Both the position numbers and the translations under genes were made by a program. This document shows positions 45,304 through 56,400 of a stretch of 64,000 nucleotides of DNA, in pieces. Source of the stretch: an uncultured Solirubrobacterales bacterium (GTDB lineage: Bacteria > Actinomycetota > Thermoleophilia > Solirubrobacterales > Solirubrobacteraceae); assembly GCA_963770405.1 (NCBI GenBank), contig CAVYPO010000003.1, positions 153,120 through 217,119 on the forward strand. The letters are read 5' to 3'. Each line of letters starts with the position of its first letter. The stretch's first letter is position 1. The notes under the pieces were generated by a model that was not told the DNA's origin, did no database searches, and saw nothing but the letters and a program-made list of their open reading frames with translations.

Positions 45304-47197
45304 TCAGCTCCCCGACAGCTGCAGCGAGAACGGGTCGTCCCAGTTGACCAGCAGCAGGTCGAGCGCGCCACACGACGGCGCGACGAACCAGTTGCTCGCC
45401 AGCAAGGGGGCGATCCCCACCGTGCCGGTGAACGTCAGCCCGCTGGCCAGCGCGCTCGGCGGCCCGCCCGAGGAGGACAGGGCGAAGCGCAGCGGCACCG
45501 CCGTCGTGCAGGTGTTCGGCGGCCAGCCCGGCGGGGACCCGGGCAGCGTGACGGTGAGGCTGAGACTGGCCGTTGCCGACAGCGTCATGAGTCCGCCGCT
45601 GACCGCCACGGTGCCGGTCACCGGCCCCGTCGGGGCGAGCGTCAGGTGCAGCGTGTTCGGCACGCCGAGCACGTACAGCGTGCTGGTGAACGGCGGCACG
45701 CTGATCGCACCCGTGAACGACCCGCCGGCCAGGTCGGCGCTCCCGGTGAACGTCGAACCGGCCGGGAACAGGATCCGCTGCCAGAGCTGCTCGTCGGTGA
45801 TGTAGCTGCCGCTGAGCGAGTCGCTCAGCGCCACCGGGGTGTAGGTGAAGCGATCCGCGCTCCCGGTCGGCGACGTTCCCTTGGCCGTGGTGACGGTGAC
45901 GTCGACCGTGCCGCTGCCCGGTGGGCTGACGGCGGTGATCGACGTGGGCGATTGCACCGTGACACCCGTCGCGGCCGCCGTGCCGAAGTCGACCGTCGCC
46001 CCCGCGGCGAAGCCCGAGCCGGTGATCGTCACCGGGGTGCCGCCGAGCTGGGAGCCCGAGGCGGGCGAGACGCCCGTGACCGCCGGCGGGCCGCCGAGCG
46101 CGACCGTGACCAGGTTGTTGGGGAACTGGCCGGCGGCGACGGTGGCCGGGCTCTGTGGCGCGAGCGCCCCGGTGGCCGGATCGACGCTGTACTGGGAGAT
46201 GACGTCGGCGTCGAAGTCGGCCACGAACACGCCGTTGCCGTTCGGGCTGACGGCGATGCCGCGCGGCCCCTGCGGCCGAGGGGACGCTGGCCGGCGCCTT
46301 CGCCGACAGCACGCCGGTGCTCGGGTCGATGTCGTACTGGGAGATGACGTCCTGCGTCTCGGCGGAGACGTACAGGCTCTTGCCATCGGGGCTGACCGCG
46401 ACGCCCACGGGGCCGTCGCCGCTGGCCACCAGCGCCGGCGTCTTGGGGGCCAGTGCGCCTGTCGTGGGATCGATGTCGTATTGCGACACCATGCCGTTGC
46501 CGGCGCCGAAGTTGCCGGGATCGGTCACGTAGGCGCTGCGCCCGTCGGGACTGATGGCGATGTTCAGCGGCTCGGCGCCGGTGGCCACCGTCGCCACGGC
46601 CTTGGGCGACAGCGCGCCGGTGGTCGGGTTGACGTCGTACTGGGAGATGAGGTCCTGCGTCTCGTCGACGACGTACGCGCTGCGGCCGTCCGGCGTGACG
46701 GCGACGCCGAACGGAGACCCGGCGGTCACCACGCTGGCCGGGGTCTTCGGCGTCAGCGCGCCGGTCGTCGGGTCGACGTCGAACTGGTAGACGTTGTTGT
46801 CCGACGCGCCGGCGTAGAGGCTCAGCCCGTCGGGGCTCAGCGCGATGTTGCTGTAGCCCGCGGAGGCCGTGTACACCGGCCCCGGCGTGAGCGCGCCGCT
46901 GACCGGATCGACGCCGAAGGCCGCGATGCTCGTCCCGTAGGCGACGTAGACGAAGCGGCCGTTCGGGCTGGCCGCGATACCGCTGTAGGACCCGCTGCCG
47001 ATCGGCACGGTGGCCGGGACGAGCGGGGACAGCAGCCCACCGCTGATCGCGTACTGCCCGACCGTGTTGTCGATGTCGTTGACGACGTACGCGTTGTCGG
47101 CGTGCACCGTGGCCGGCAGCGCCGCCAAGGCGACGGCGACGGTCACCATGGTCAGCCGCGCGCACGCGAACCGCCTCACCCGCTCATGTGCAGACAC
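45304..47197 (-). pseudogene. secreted lactonase-type (YVTN/YncE-like) beta-propeller + IPT/TIG domain + unknown C-terminal domain, one frame break
   Basis: GTG 47197 after GGAGAGGG. Signal 'MVTVAVALAALPATVHA'. Six 'SP(D/N)G...YV' blades. The break near 46276 switches from the frame of ORF 45293..47890 to ORF 45304..46386. IPT 'PAVTGVSPASGSQLGGTPVTITGSGF'. Confidence 0.7.
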
Positions 47198-47476
47198 GAA
47201 TCCCTCTCCAGTCAGTGATGTTGGGGGCTCGGCCGATCGCTCGCCGGTGCCATTGGGCCGAACGTACCAGAGCGCGAGGCGGTGCAGGTGGAAATCTCGA
47301 TGAGGCGCCGCGTCGACCCGCGAGCTCACCCGCAGGCCGGCGCACCTTTCGCCGCCCGCCCGGGTTGAAGCGAGACGAGGGGCCGCCCGCGGGTGCCGAC
47401 CGGCAGCACGACGCATCCCGGTCCGAGCGTGCGGCCACGCAATGTGCCCATCCACCGATGAGCGGGGGTTGTACTG

Positions 47477-49144
47477 ATGCATCCTGGGAGCTTCGTGTCC
47501 ACGCTGGCCGCCCGCGCGGCCGCTGCCGCGCTCGCCGTCGCGCTGGCGTGCCCGGCCGCCGCGCTGGCCACGACCACGACCACTACGAGCAGCAGCAGCG
47601 CCACCACGACCACCAGCACGGCCACCACGACCGCGACGACGTCGACGACCACGACGACCGCTCCGAAGCCGCCGAGCGCCTCCACCGGCGCGGCCAGCGC
47701 CGTCACGTTCGACACGGCGACGCTCGGCGGGACCGTGAACCCCAACGGGACGGCCACGTCCTCCTTCTTCCAGTACGGCAAGACGACCGCCTACGGGCTG
47801 CAGACCACCACGGTGTCGGCCGGCGCGGGCGCCGCCAACGTGGTCGCCGCGGCCGCCGTGTCGGGGCTGGCGCCCTCGACGACGTATCACTTCCGCCTCG
47901 TCGCGGCCAGCACCGCCGGCACCGTCGACGGCGTCGACGGGACGTTCACCACGCCGGTCACGCCGCCCCCCCGGCCGGCCACCGGCGGCGCCAGGACGGT
48001 GACCTCGAACTCGGCCGTGGTCACCGGCACGGTCAACCCCGAAGGCGTCCCGACGACGTATGAGTTCCAGTACGGCAAGACGGCGGCCTACGGCTTACAC
48101 ACCCCTGCGGTGTCGGCGGACTCGGGCACCGCGACGCTTGCCGTGAGCGCCGCGCTCGGCGGGTTGTCGGCCACCACGACCTATCACTATCGCCTCGTGG
48201 CCACGAGCGCCGGTGGCGTCGTGGCGGGTAGCGACCGGACCTTCAAGACCGGCGTGGCGCCGAGCGCCTCGGCCACCACGGGCGCGGCGGTGCAGATCAC
48301 CCAGACCGGGGCGGTGCTGACCGGCACCGTTCGCCCGGCCGGCGGTGCCGCGCGGTACTACTTCCAGTACGGCACGAGCACCAGCTACAGCGGCCACACC
48401 GCGGTGCTGTCGGCCGGCGCGGGGACGGCGGCCGTGGCCGTGCAGGCGCCGATCGGCGGCCTGGCGCCGCTGACCAGGTACCACTTCCGCCTCGTCGTGA
48501 TCGGCGCCGGGGGCACGATCGCCGGCAGCGACCGCTCCTTCACCACGACGAGCGTGCCGCTGTCGCTGACGGCGACGGCCGTTCCCGACCCGGTCGGCTT
48601 CGGCGGGGCGGCGACGATCACCGGCCTGCTGACCGGCAGCCGAAGCGCCGGACTGCAGGTCGTGCTGCAGGCGATGCCGTTCCCGTACACGGCGCCGTTC
48701 ACGAACGTCGGCAACTCCGAGGTGATCAACGCCAACGGGAGCTTCACCTTCACCGTCCCCGCGCTGGCGCAGAACACCCGCTACCGCGTGGCCGTGGTCC
48801 AATCCCCGGGCGTCGTGAGTCCCGTGCTGCTGGAGCGCGTGGCCGTGCGCGTCAGCTTCGGAGCGAGCGAGCGGCGCACCCGGCGAGGGCTGCTCGCTCG
48901 CGTGTCCGGCTCGATCGCCCCGGGCGCCGGCGACGTCAAGGTGTTCCTGCAGAAGCTCGTGCGCGGGCGCTGGCAGGCGACGGCGCGGCTGAAGGTACGG
49001 GTCGTCTCGCCCGCCCTGCTGCGCTACGCGCGCACGCTGCGCCTGGCCCGCGGCGGCCGCTACCGCGTGCTGGTGCGGGTGACCGACGGCGCCCGCCTGT
49101 CGGCAGTGAGCCGCTCGCTGCTCATCCGCCGTCCCCGCCGCTGA
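47477..49144 (+). CDS. secreted protein: Thr/Ser-rich linker, three FN3-like repeats, beta-rich C-terminal region
   Basis: Signal 'AAAALAVALACPAAALA', then 'TTTTTTSSSSATTTTSTATTTATTSTTTTTAP'. Three repeats of 'V(T/R)..(S/T)A.L.GTV.P.G..T.Y.FQYG.T..Y....'. Confidence 0.75.
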   Translation: MHPGSFVSTLAARAAAAALAVALACPAAALATTTTTTSSSSATTTTSTATTTATTSTTTTTAPKPPSASTGAASAVTFDTATLGGTVNPNGTATSSFFQYGKTTAYGLQTTTVSAGAGAANVVAAAAVSGLAPSTTYHFRLVAASTAGTVDGVDGTFTTPVTPPPRPATGGARTVTSNSAVVTGTVNPEGVPTTYEFQYGKTAAYGLHTPAVSADSGTATLAVSAALGGLSATTTYHYRLVATSAGGVVAGSDRTFKTGVAPSASATTGAAVQITQTGAVLTGTVRPAGGAARYYFQYGTSTSYSGHTAVLSAGAGTAAVAVQAPIGGLAPLTRYHFRLVVIGAGGTIAGSDRSFTTTSVPLSLTATAVPDPVGFGGAATITGLLTGSRSAGLQVVLQAMPFPYTAPFTNVGNSEVINANGSFTFTVPALAQNTRYRVAVVQSPGVVSPVLLERVAVRVSFGASERRTRRGLLARVSGSIAPGAGDVKVFLQKLVRGRWQATARLKVRVVSPALLRYARTLRLARGGRYRVLVRVTDGARLSAVSRSLLIRRPRR

Positions 49145-49209
49145 GTGGCGCGGTGGCGTGGCGCACGGATCGCGCCACGCCACCGGCCCAGCCGTCCGAC
49201 CGGCGAGGC

Positions 49210-49473
49210 CTACGCCTCGCCGTACGTCTCGTGCTCGGTACCGATCAGGCGGCTCAGCGCGCTGAGCATGACGCCGACGGCCGTGGCCATCACGGCGATG
49301 CCGATGACGAGCACCCAGACCGCGCCGGTCACGCCGGCGACGATGATCATCGTGACGCTCGACGCGATGCAACCGGCGAGGACGCCGAGCATCACCCGGT
49401 TGCCGTGCGCGCTGGACCCGTCGTCCTCGTGCGCGGCGCGAGCCGTCGAGGGAGCAGAAGCTGCCGTGCTCAA
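49210..49473 (-). CDS. small two-TM membrane protein
   Basis: TTG 49473 preceded by TAAGGAG. 87 aa with two long hydrophobic segments. Confidence 0.55.
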   Translation of the reverse strand: MSTAASAPSTARAAHEDDGSSAHGNRVMLGVLAGCIASSVTMIIVAGVTGAVWVLVIGIAVMATAVGVMLSALSRLIGTEHETYGEA

Positions 49474-49646
49474 TGAGACTCCTTATGTGAGGGAGATGGG
49501 GCCGAAGCCCCGGGGAGGGAGCCGCAAAATGTACCGGCCGGGGCGTCCGGGCGCCAGCAGGCCGCTGGGAAGGGCGCCCCTTGGGAGACATAGACGTTTC
49601 CAAAACGCGCGCCGCACGAGTTCCCGTTCAGGGCGTGGCCGGGAAG

Positions 49647-49835
49647 ATGACCCCCGCCGCAACCGATCCGCTTGCGGTGCCGTTCGATGACGCCGAGGAC
49701 CTCGAGGCGGTGGCACGCATCCGGGCCCTTACCCTGGCCGAGCGTCTCGACCTCGGCGTGGCGCTCTCCCGCACCGCGGCGGAGTTCCGCCGGGCGGCCC
49801 GGGAGGCGCAGCGTGCCGCCCCGCCGCCGCCCTGA
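49647..49835 (+). CDS. small hypothetical protein
   Basis: ATG 49647 after GGGAAG. 62 aa, helical-looking, no motif. Weak call. Confidence 0.3.
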   Translation: MTPAATDPLAVPFDDAEDLEAVARIRALTLAERLDLGVALSRTAAEFRRAAREAQRAAPPPP

Positions 49836-49870
49836 CGCGCCCGACCTCGCCGCCGGCGCCCCGGCGGGCG

Positions 49871-51532
49871 TCAGTGCCCGCCGAGGCTGAACGCGTAGAA
49901 CTGATTGCTCGGGAGCCCCTGGTAGTAGCCCGATCCCCAGTAGACGGTGCCGTTGACGATCGCCGGGGCGGACCAGACCGAGCCGGTGGCGGCGAAGCGC
50001 CACAGGATCTGCCCGGTGGCCGCGTCCAGGGCGTACATGTTGTTGCCGAACCAGACGGTGTCGCCGACGTACACCACACCGTTGGCCTCGCTGGCCGGTC
50101 CGATGTCCGCTGAGCCGTACGGATCGGCGACCTGCCAGATGAACTTGCCGGTCGCCGGGTCGAGCGCCGCCCACGACCCCCCGGCGACGGGCTGGCCCGA
50201 CGCGAGGTTGTAGGGGGCCTCGCCCTGGTCGGAGATCGGCACGTAGATCCGGGTGCCGTCGAACGCGGTGCCCCACTCGATGCCGCCGAGCGCCCCGCCG
50301 GCGCCGACGAGCGTGTCCCACACGACGTTGCCGTTGGAGGGGTTCAGCGCCCAGTACACGCCGCTCTTCTGCCCGGCCCCGACGAGCGTCGTGCCGCCAA
50401 CGCGCAGGAGGTTCAGCGAGCCGCCGAAGTCGTCGTCCGGGCCGGCGATCGAGGGGCACCAGCCGGCGCCGGACCCGAGCACGCAGGCGAAGTTCCAGGC
50501 GTCCCAACCCTCGAGCTTGTGGCCCCAGTTGATCCGGCCCGTCCGCACGTTGAGCGACACCACGCTGTCGAAGTAGTCGTCGGGTGACGTACATCCGGCG
50601 TCTGAGGTTCCGGCCGCCGCGGTTTGCTCCTGGCAGGCCGTGGCGGCATCGGGGGTGGTGTAGTTGTTGCCGGTGGCGACGTACACGCTGCCGGTGGCCG
50701 GATCGACCGCCGGCGAGCCCCACACGGCTCCCCCGCTGTAGCCGCATCCGGAGGGCGGGCTGATCTGCGCGCACGGACCGCTGTTCGCGGGCACCATGTA
50801 GGTCTGCCACAGGATCCTGCCGGTGGCCACCTGCAGTGCGACGACGCTGCCGCGGAACGTGCAGCACGGATAGAACGGGAACAGGGCGTCGGTCTCCGAG
50901 TTCGATGACACGCCGATGATCACCTCGCCGCCGTAGACGAGGGGATTGCCGGTGATGATCGCGGCCGGATTGCTGTCCACCTGGGTGCTCCACAGCAGCC
51001 GGCCCGAGAACCGGTTGACGGCGAACACGTGGGCACCGCCGGCCCTCTCCAGGAGGGCGTTGTCCCCGAGGATGAGCTTGGCTCCGTCCACCACGGGGCT
51101 GACGCGGGCGTAGTCGCCCGACAGTCCGGTGTAGTTCGAGATCGGCGCCTGCCAGAGCAGCGAGCCGTTGCTGGCGTTCACCGCGTTGAGGTAACCGCCC
51201 GAGTCCGGGAAGTACACGCCCCCGCCCTGGACGGTCGGGGTGGCGCTGACGTCGCCGTGCGTGGTGAACACCCACTTCGGTGCCAGCTGCGCGACGTTGC
51301 CGACGCCGATCGTGGACTCGTCGGGCTGCGTGCGGCTGTTCGAGAGGTCATGACCGGATGACGGCCAGGCCGCGCCGGCCCCCGTCAGGCCGCCGAGGCG
51401 GGCGTGGCCCGCCGCCGCATCGGTCGCGCCGACGAGCAGCGCGCTCCATGACAGGACGATCGACAGCGCGGCGATGCTCCGAGCCGCATGGCCCGCCCGC
51501 GGGCGCGGCCGGCGGCGACGTGATGCGGTCAT
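49871..51532 (-). CDS. secreted PQQ-like beta-propeller repeat protein
   Basis: 553 aa. Arg-rich signal. Recurrent 'G..(L/I)W' blade motifs (LLWQAP, LLWSTQ, ILWQTY, INWGHK, VVWDTL, FIWQVA, ILWRFA). Confidence 0.85.
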   Translation of the reverse strand: MTASRRRRPRPRAGHAARSIAALSIVLSWSALLVGATDAAAGHARLGGLTGAGAAWPSSGHDLSNSRTQPDESTIGVGNVAQLAPKWVFTTHGDVSATPTVQGGGVYFPDSGGYLNAVNASNGSLLWQAPISNYTGLSGDYARVSPVVDGAKLILGDNALLERAGGAHVFAVNRFSGRLLWSTQVDSNPAAIITGNPLVYGGEVIIGVSSNSETDALFPFYPCCTFRGSVVALQVATGRILWQTYMVPANSGPCAQISPPSGCGYSGGAVWGSPAVDPATGSVYVATGNNYTTPDAATACQEQTAAAGTSDAGCTSPDDYFDSVVSLNVRTGRINWGHKLEGWDAWNFACVLGSGAGWCPSIAGPDDDFGGSLNLLRVGGTTLVGAGQKSGVYWALNPSNGNVVWDTLVGAGGALGGIEWGTAFDGTRIYVPISDQGEAPYNLASGQPVAGGSWAALDPATGKFIWQVADPYGSADIGPASEANGVVYVGDTVWFGNNMYALDAATGQILWRFAATGSVWSAPAIVNGTVYWGSGYYQGLPSNQFYAFSLGGH

Positions 51533-51580
51533 GATGCCTCCCGGGTCGATGGTTGCCTCACGGTGTGCAGGACGGCGTGC

Positions 51581-53305
51581 CTACGTGCCCGGCCCCCCGA
51601 CGATCTGGCTCATCCAGTTGGCCAGTGTGCTGCTGGTGATCTCCGGCTGGCCGTTGGTCTGCTGGTAGGCCGCCGTCACCACGTCGAGATGGTTGTACCC
51701 CGTGGCCAGCACGTGCACCGCCGGTGCGGGGCCGGCCGGTATCGCACCCGCGGCGCCGAGCGCCGGGGTGATTCCCTCGCCGGCGTCGACGTAGGCGGCC
51801 GGACGCTCGGCGATGCCGTTGGTGTAGCGCAGGCCGGCGAGGCTGCCCGAGCGGTCACCCAGCGCGGCGGCGGAGATGTCCAGCACCAGCGCGGTGGGGA
51901 AGTAGTCCTCCGTGAACATGGCCGGCGCTCCCTCGAACAGCGCCCGTGACAGCTGGGTGATATCGCTGACCTGACTTGCCGCGGAGGTGTACGGGGTTTG
52001 CGTCGGGTCGTCCACCGGCGCCGGCAGCGTGGCCGGCAGCTGGTTGTAGTTCAGCCAGCCGTAGACGGGGCCGTTGGGCGTGGCCGAGGTGGGATCCGGT
52101 GCGACGAGGTCGTTGCCGCCCAGCAGTCCGGCGGCCGCCGGCGCCGAGCCGTAGGCCAGCGGGAAGTTCTTCTCCACCACCGGCCCGCCCGTCGGGATGC
52201 CGACGCTGGCCCGCAGGATGCCGATGGGATCGGAGACGTCGCCGAAGATGGCGCCGATCGTCGCCTCGTTGGTGAAGTTGAACTGGCGGATATCCGGGTC
52301 GTCGGTGAAGAAGTCCGTCCAGCTGTTGGCGAACAGCAGCCGGAAGGTGACGTTGAAGTTGAAGTCGTTGGGCAGCTCGTTCTCCAGGGTCGCCTTCTGG
52401 TCCGGAGCAAAGGAGGCCGCCATGCCGAGGATCGGCAGCGCCGCGAACGTCTCGGGCGTGAACGGCGAGACGTCGAGGTAGGGCGCGGCGTCGCTGACCC
52501 CGGCCAGGATGCTGTTGAGCAGCCCGCCGAGCGGGTCGGACAGGATCTGGCCGCCGAGGGAGATGGTGAAGCGCGTGTCGAGCGCGAAGAATCCCGCGCA
52601 CTGGTTGTACCCCGCGCCGGCGGGGTCGCCGGTCCCGGAGAAGTCCCAGTTGGCGAACGCCCCGGTGATGATGCCGCCGAGCGAGTGCCCGCCGCACAGC
52701 ACCTTCTGCGTGCGCACCGCCGGCGGCAGCTGGCTGATGACGGTGTACTCGTCCCGCACCGTCTGGGCCAGCCCGACATGCCCCAGGAACGCCGCGTCCT
52801 GCTCGCTCACGAACCCGGGGAAGCGCTGCCCGTCGATGGTCCCGCCGTCGTAGTAGTAGTCGAGCGCCAGTTGCGGGTCGTGCGCCGCCGCGGCGGCCTG
52901 CACGCCGAAGTCGTCGATGAGGCAGTTCGAGCGGCGGCTCAGCGCCCAGAACTCGACGTCGTAGCCGCGCTGGGCGGCCGCGCGCACGGTGTTGCGCGCC
53001 ACCTGGTCGAGCGCGCCCGCCCCCTCGAAAATGCCCGGCTGGGCCACGAAGATCGCCGCCGCCTGCGCCGGGTTGGCGGGCCCGCCGGCGTCACGGAAGC
53101 GCAGATAGCCGATGCGGTCGCAGGCCGCGGGGCGCGGTCCGTCGGCCGCCGGCAGCGGCGCGTAGAGGCTGACGTAGCTCTCGCGGACCAGCGAGGCATC
53201 CGGCGCGGTGGAGCTGATCGGTGTCTCGATGTAGCGCGGCGTCCAGGCGAGCGCGACCGGCGGGCGCATCCCCAGCGCCGCGGCCAGCGTCAGCGCGAGT
53301 GTCAC
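51581..53305 (-). CDS. secreted alpha/beta-hydrolase, lipase-like
   Basis: 574 aa. 'LCGGHSLGGIITG' G-x-S-x-G nucleophile elbow. Signal 'LALTLAAALGMRPPVALA'. Confidence 0.78.
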   Translation of the reverse strand: MTLALTLAAALGMRPPVALAWTPRYIETPISSTAPDASLVRESYVSLYAPLPAADGPRPAACDRIGYLRFRDAGGPANPAQAAAIFVAQPGIFEGAGALDQVARNTVRAAAQRGYDVEFWALSRRSNCLIDDFGVQAAAAAHDPQLALDYYYDGGTIDGQRFPGFVSEQDAAFLGHVGLAQTVRDEYTVISQLPPAVRTQKVLCGGHSLGGIITGAFANWDFSGTGDPAGAGYNQCAGFFALDTRFTISLGGQILSDPLGGLLNSILAGVSDAAPYLDVSPFTPETFAALPILGMAASFAPDQKATLENELPNDFNFNVTFRLLFANSWTDFFTDDPDIRQFNFTNEATIGAIFGDVSDPIGILRASVGIPTGGPVVEKNFPLAYGSAPAAAGLLGGNDLVAPDPTSATPNGPVYGWLNYNQLPATLPAPVDDPTQTPYTSAASQVSDITQLSRALFEGAPAMFTEDYFPTALVLDISAAALGDRSGSLAGLRYTNGIAERPAAYVDAGEGITPALGAAGAIPAGPAPAVHVLATGYNHLDVVTAAYQQTNGQPEITSSTLANWMSQIVGGPGT

Positions 53306-53401
53306 TGCGAGCGCGGCCCGAGCAGCGATGACGTCCGAGACGATGACCGGCTCCTCCCTCGTGGTGGTCGCCGGGATCTTTGACGACCACCGGACCCGGG
53401 G

Positions 53402-56400
53402 TCAACCTTTGAGCGTGAAAGCGACGCGCACCGACGCGGTTTTCGCGCCGCGCTTGCTCGGAATGAAGCCGGCGCGCACCGTCAGCTTCACCTTGCGGTG
53501 GCGGCGTGCCTGCGCCAGCGAGGCGCCGGTCAGCGGCACGCTGAGGGTGTACGTCCCGGCGCGCGAGAACGTCTTGCGCGTCGTGCGCAGCCCGGCGCCG
53601 GTCACCGACACGCGACCGGCCGCGGCGATCCGCACCTTGAGGCGCAGCCGGCCGGAGGCGTAGCTGTGCCCGAGGATCTGCAGCTCCGGCGCGACCTTGA
53701 CCGCCGCGGCCAGCGGACACGCGACGACGCTCACGTTGGTGGTGCGGCTGATCTGTGCGCCGTTCTGGGCGAGCAGCACCGTCTGCAGCGCCAGGGGACC
53801 GGGACAGAGCACCGAGCTCGTGGTCAGCAGCGAGTGCGGTCCTTCGGGCAGGTCGATGTCGAGCGAGGAGATCGGCACGTCGGGCAGCCAGCCGGCTGCC
53901 GCGCTACCGAACGTGGACGTCACCAGGCCCTTCGACGACAGGGCGACCGAGCCGACCAGGTTAATCGTCACGCCGCCGCCCGACAGCGGCACGTCGAGCG
54001 TGGGCAGGCCCGTGCTCTGCGCGACCAGGTACACGGTCCCGGTGAGACCGCCGGGGAGCACCGAGGTCGCGGCCGTGGCCTGCCCGACGACCGAGCTTGC
54101 CGGGCAGCCGGCCGGGTTCGCGGTGTAGGTGGCCAGCAGGCAGGCGCCCTGGATCGTGGTCAGGCGCGGCGTCAGCTGCTTGGGCAGCGTCATCTGCACC
54201 GAACGCAGATTCGCCTGGCCGGCGGGCGCCGTGAGCTTCACGTCGAGGTCCGCGCCGTTCGCCGCGGAGTAGCTCGCGTCGGTGCTCGCCGTGACCGTCG
54301 GCGAGAACGCCAGCGCGCTGCACCCGGTGAGCGTCAGCGGGGCGACCGGCTCGCTGACGGTCGCGCCCTCCAGCGAGCCGAACACGGCGCTGCTGGACTG
54401 CGGGCTGCAGTTGGTCCCGTTGAACAGGAACCCGGGGCGGTTGACGGCGATGGTCACCGTCTTGACCCGCAGGGGGATCCCCCCGAGGATCGACGGCAGC
54501 GGGCTGCTGGTGATCGTCAGGTGGGCGTCGTTGGGGTCGATGGAGATCCCGGCGCGCACGCCCACGGTCCCGAGGTTGTAGGGACCGGCTGACGCCTGGA
54601 TGAGGATGCTGAGGCCGTAGGGCGCCCCTCCGTAGGGCCCGGTCAGGTACACCGGACCGGACAGGGTCAGCGGCGCCGGGCCCGCGCCCGAGGCGACCGA
54701 GGCGGTGCCGATCATGCTGTAGGCCGGGCAGCTGCTGGCCTGCACCTGCGCGTCGGTGCACTGCGGCACCGAGGCGATCGAGCCGAGCAGGCCGGGCGGC
54801 AGCTGCGCGGTGATCTGCGACAGGTACCCCTGCCCGTCCGAGCGCGACACGCCGAGCGTCAGGCTGGTGTTCGCGCCGGCCGCCGTGGTGCCGTCCTGCG
54901 CGCTGACGCTGGGGGCGAACGGGGTCCCGCAGGAGCTGTTGCCATTGGCGTCGACGACGCTGATGTTGGCGGTGGGGGTGGCGGGGGCCACCGGCGTCTG
55001 CATGGAGTTCGAGTACGGAGAGATGTTGCTGGTCACCTGAGCGGTGCCGCAGGCCAGCGGGCTGGCCAGCACCGCCTGGGGCCCGCCGTTGAACGTCAGC
55101 GTGAAGTCGTCGATCGGCGTCTGCGGGCTGCCGTCGAAATGCGTCGTGAGCTGGCCGGTGCTCGGGTCCGTGGTGATGGAGCCGACCAGGCGCACCTCGA
55201 CGCCGTCCGGTCCGTTGGCGTCGACGAACAGCTGGTCCGGGTTGGCTCCCGGGGTCTGTGACTGCCCGAGGTACACCGATCCGGTCAGCGGGTCGGGCAG
55301 GACGGGCGTGTGCATGGACACGCTGCCGACGACCGACGTCCCCGGGCAGGTGATCGGGTTCGCCGTGCCGTACCCGAACTGGGCCGCCGCGCAGGCCTGC
55401 AGGGCCGCTCCGGCCGCCGGGTTGATCGAGAAGCCGGGCGGGAGCGTCACGTCGATGTTCTGCAGCTGGGCCTCGGCCAGGCCGGAGAAGCTCTGCGGCT
55501 GGGGCACCTTCAGCTCGACTCGCAGCCCCGTGGGCGAGTCGTTCTGCACGCTCGGCTGGACGTTGCCGTTCGCGTCGACCGGAGACACCGACAGCGTCGG
55601 GGCGTTGGCGCCGGCGAGGGTGAGCTGGTCGCAGCCGGAGGCGCCGACCGGCGTCGAGTACTGCGCGCTGGCGATGTCGCCGGGCTGGTCGTAGCTGTCC
55701 GCGGTCAGGTAGGTGGTCTGCGGTCCCGAGCAGGTGGACGGGAGCGTGAGGAACGCGTTGCCCGGCACGCCGGTGTCGTGGGCCGAGGGATCGCCGAAGA
55801 AGTACAACGTCGTGCTCACCGGGGCCAGCGGGAACACGATCAGGTTGAACAGGTTCACCGTGGCGGGCGGGTTGTGGATCGTGAAGTACTCGCCGTAGTC
55901 GGGCGGCTGGCCGTTCAGCGCGACGTTGCGCACGCCGCCGACGATGTCGACCTGCGGCACGAGGGTGAACGGGCCGAGGCCCACGCTGAAGCGGAAGTCC
56001 GCCGGCTCGCCCGCTGCCGGCACCATGTTGTAGACGGGGGCCGGCACGATCACGTTGGCGGTCGGCCACGCGCCCACGTCGACCTCGCCGACCTGCGTGT
56101 CGGCCGGGCAGTTGGGGAAGTCGGCGTCGGCACACTGGGGCACCGCCTGCGGGTTGGTGACCAGCCCCGGCGGCAGGTCCACGCGACTGTCCTCCAGGAT
56201 GCCGTCAGGCTGGTCGGTTCCGGGCAGCGTGTTCAGCGTGAACGACGTGACCGCGTAGTCGGGGTGTCCGCCGGCCTGCGTGTAGGGCTGCGGGCAGGCC
56301 TGGCTCGGGGTGGACACGGCCTGTCCGAGCGGCGGGATGCCGGCGCACGTGCCGGCACCGAAGCTGGCGATCCCGAACGACGCCTGTGCGGCAGGCGCGC

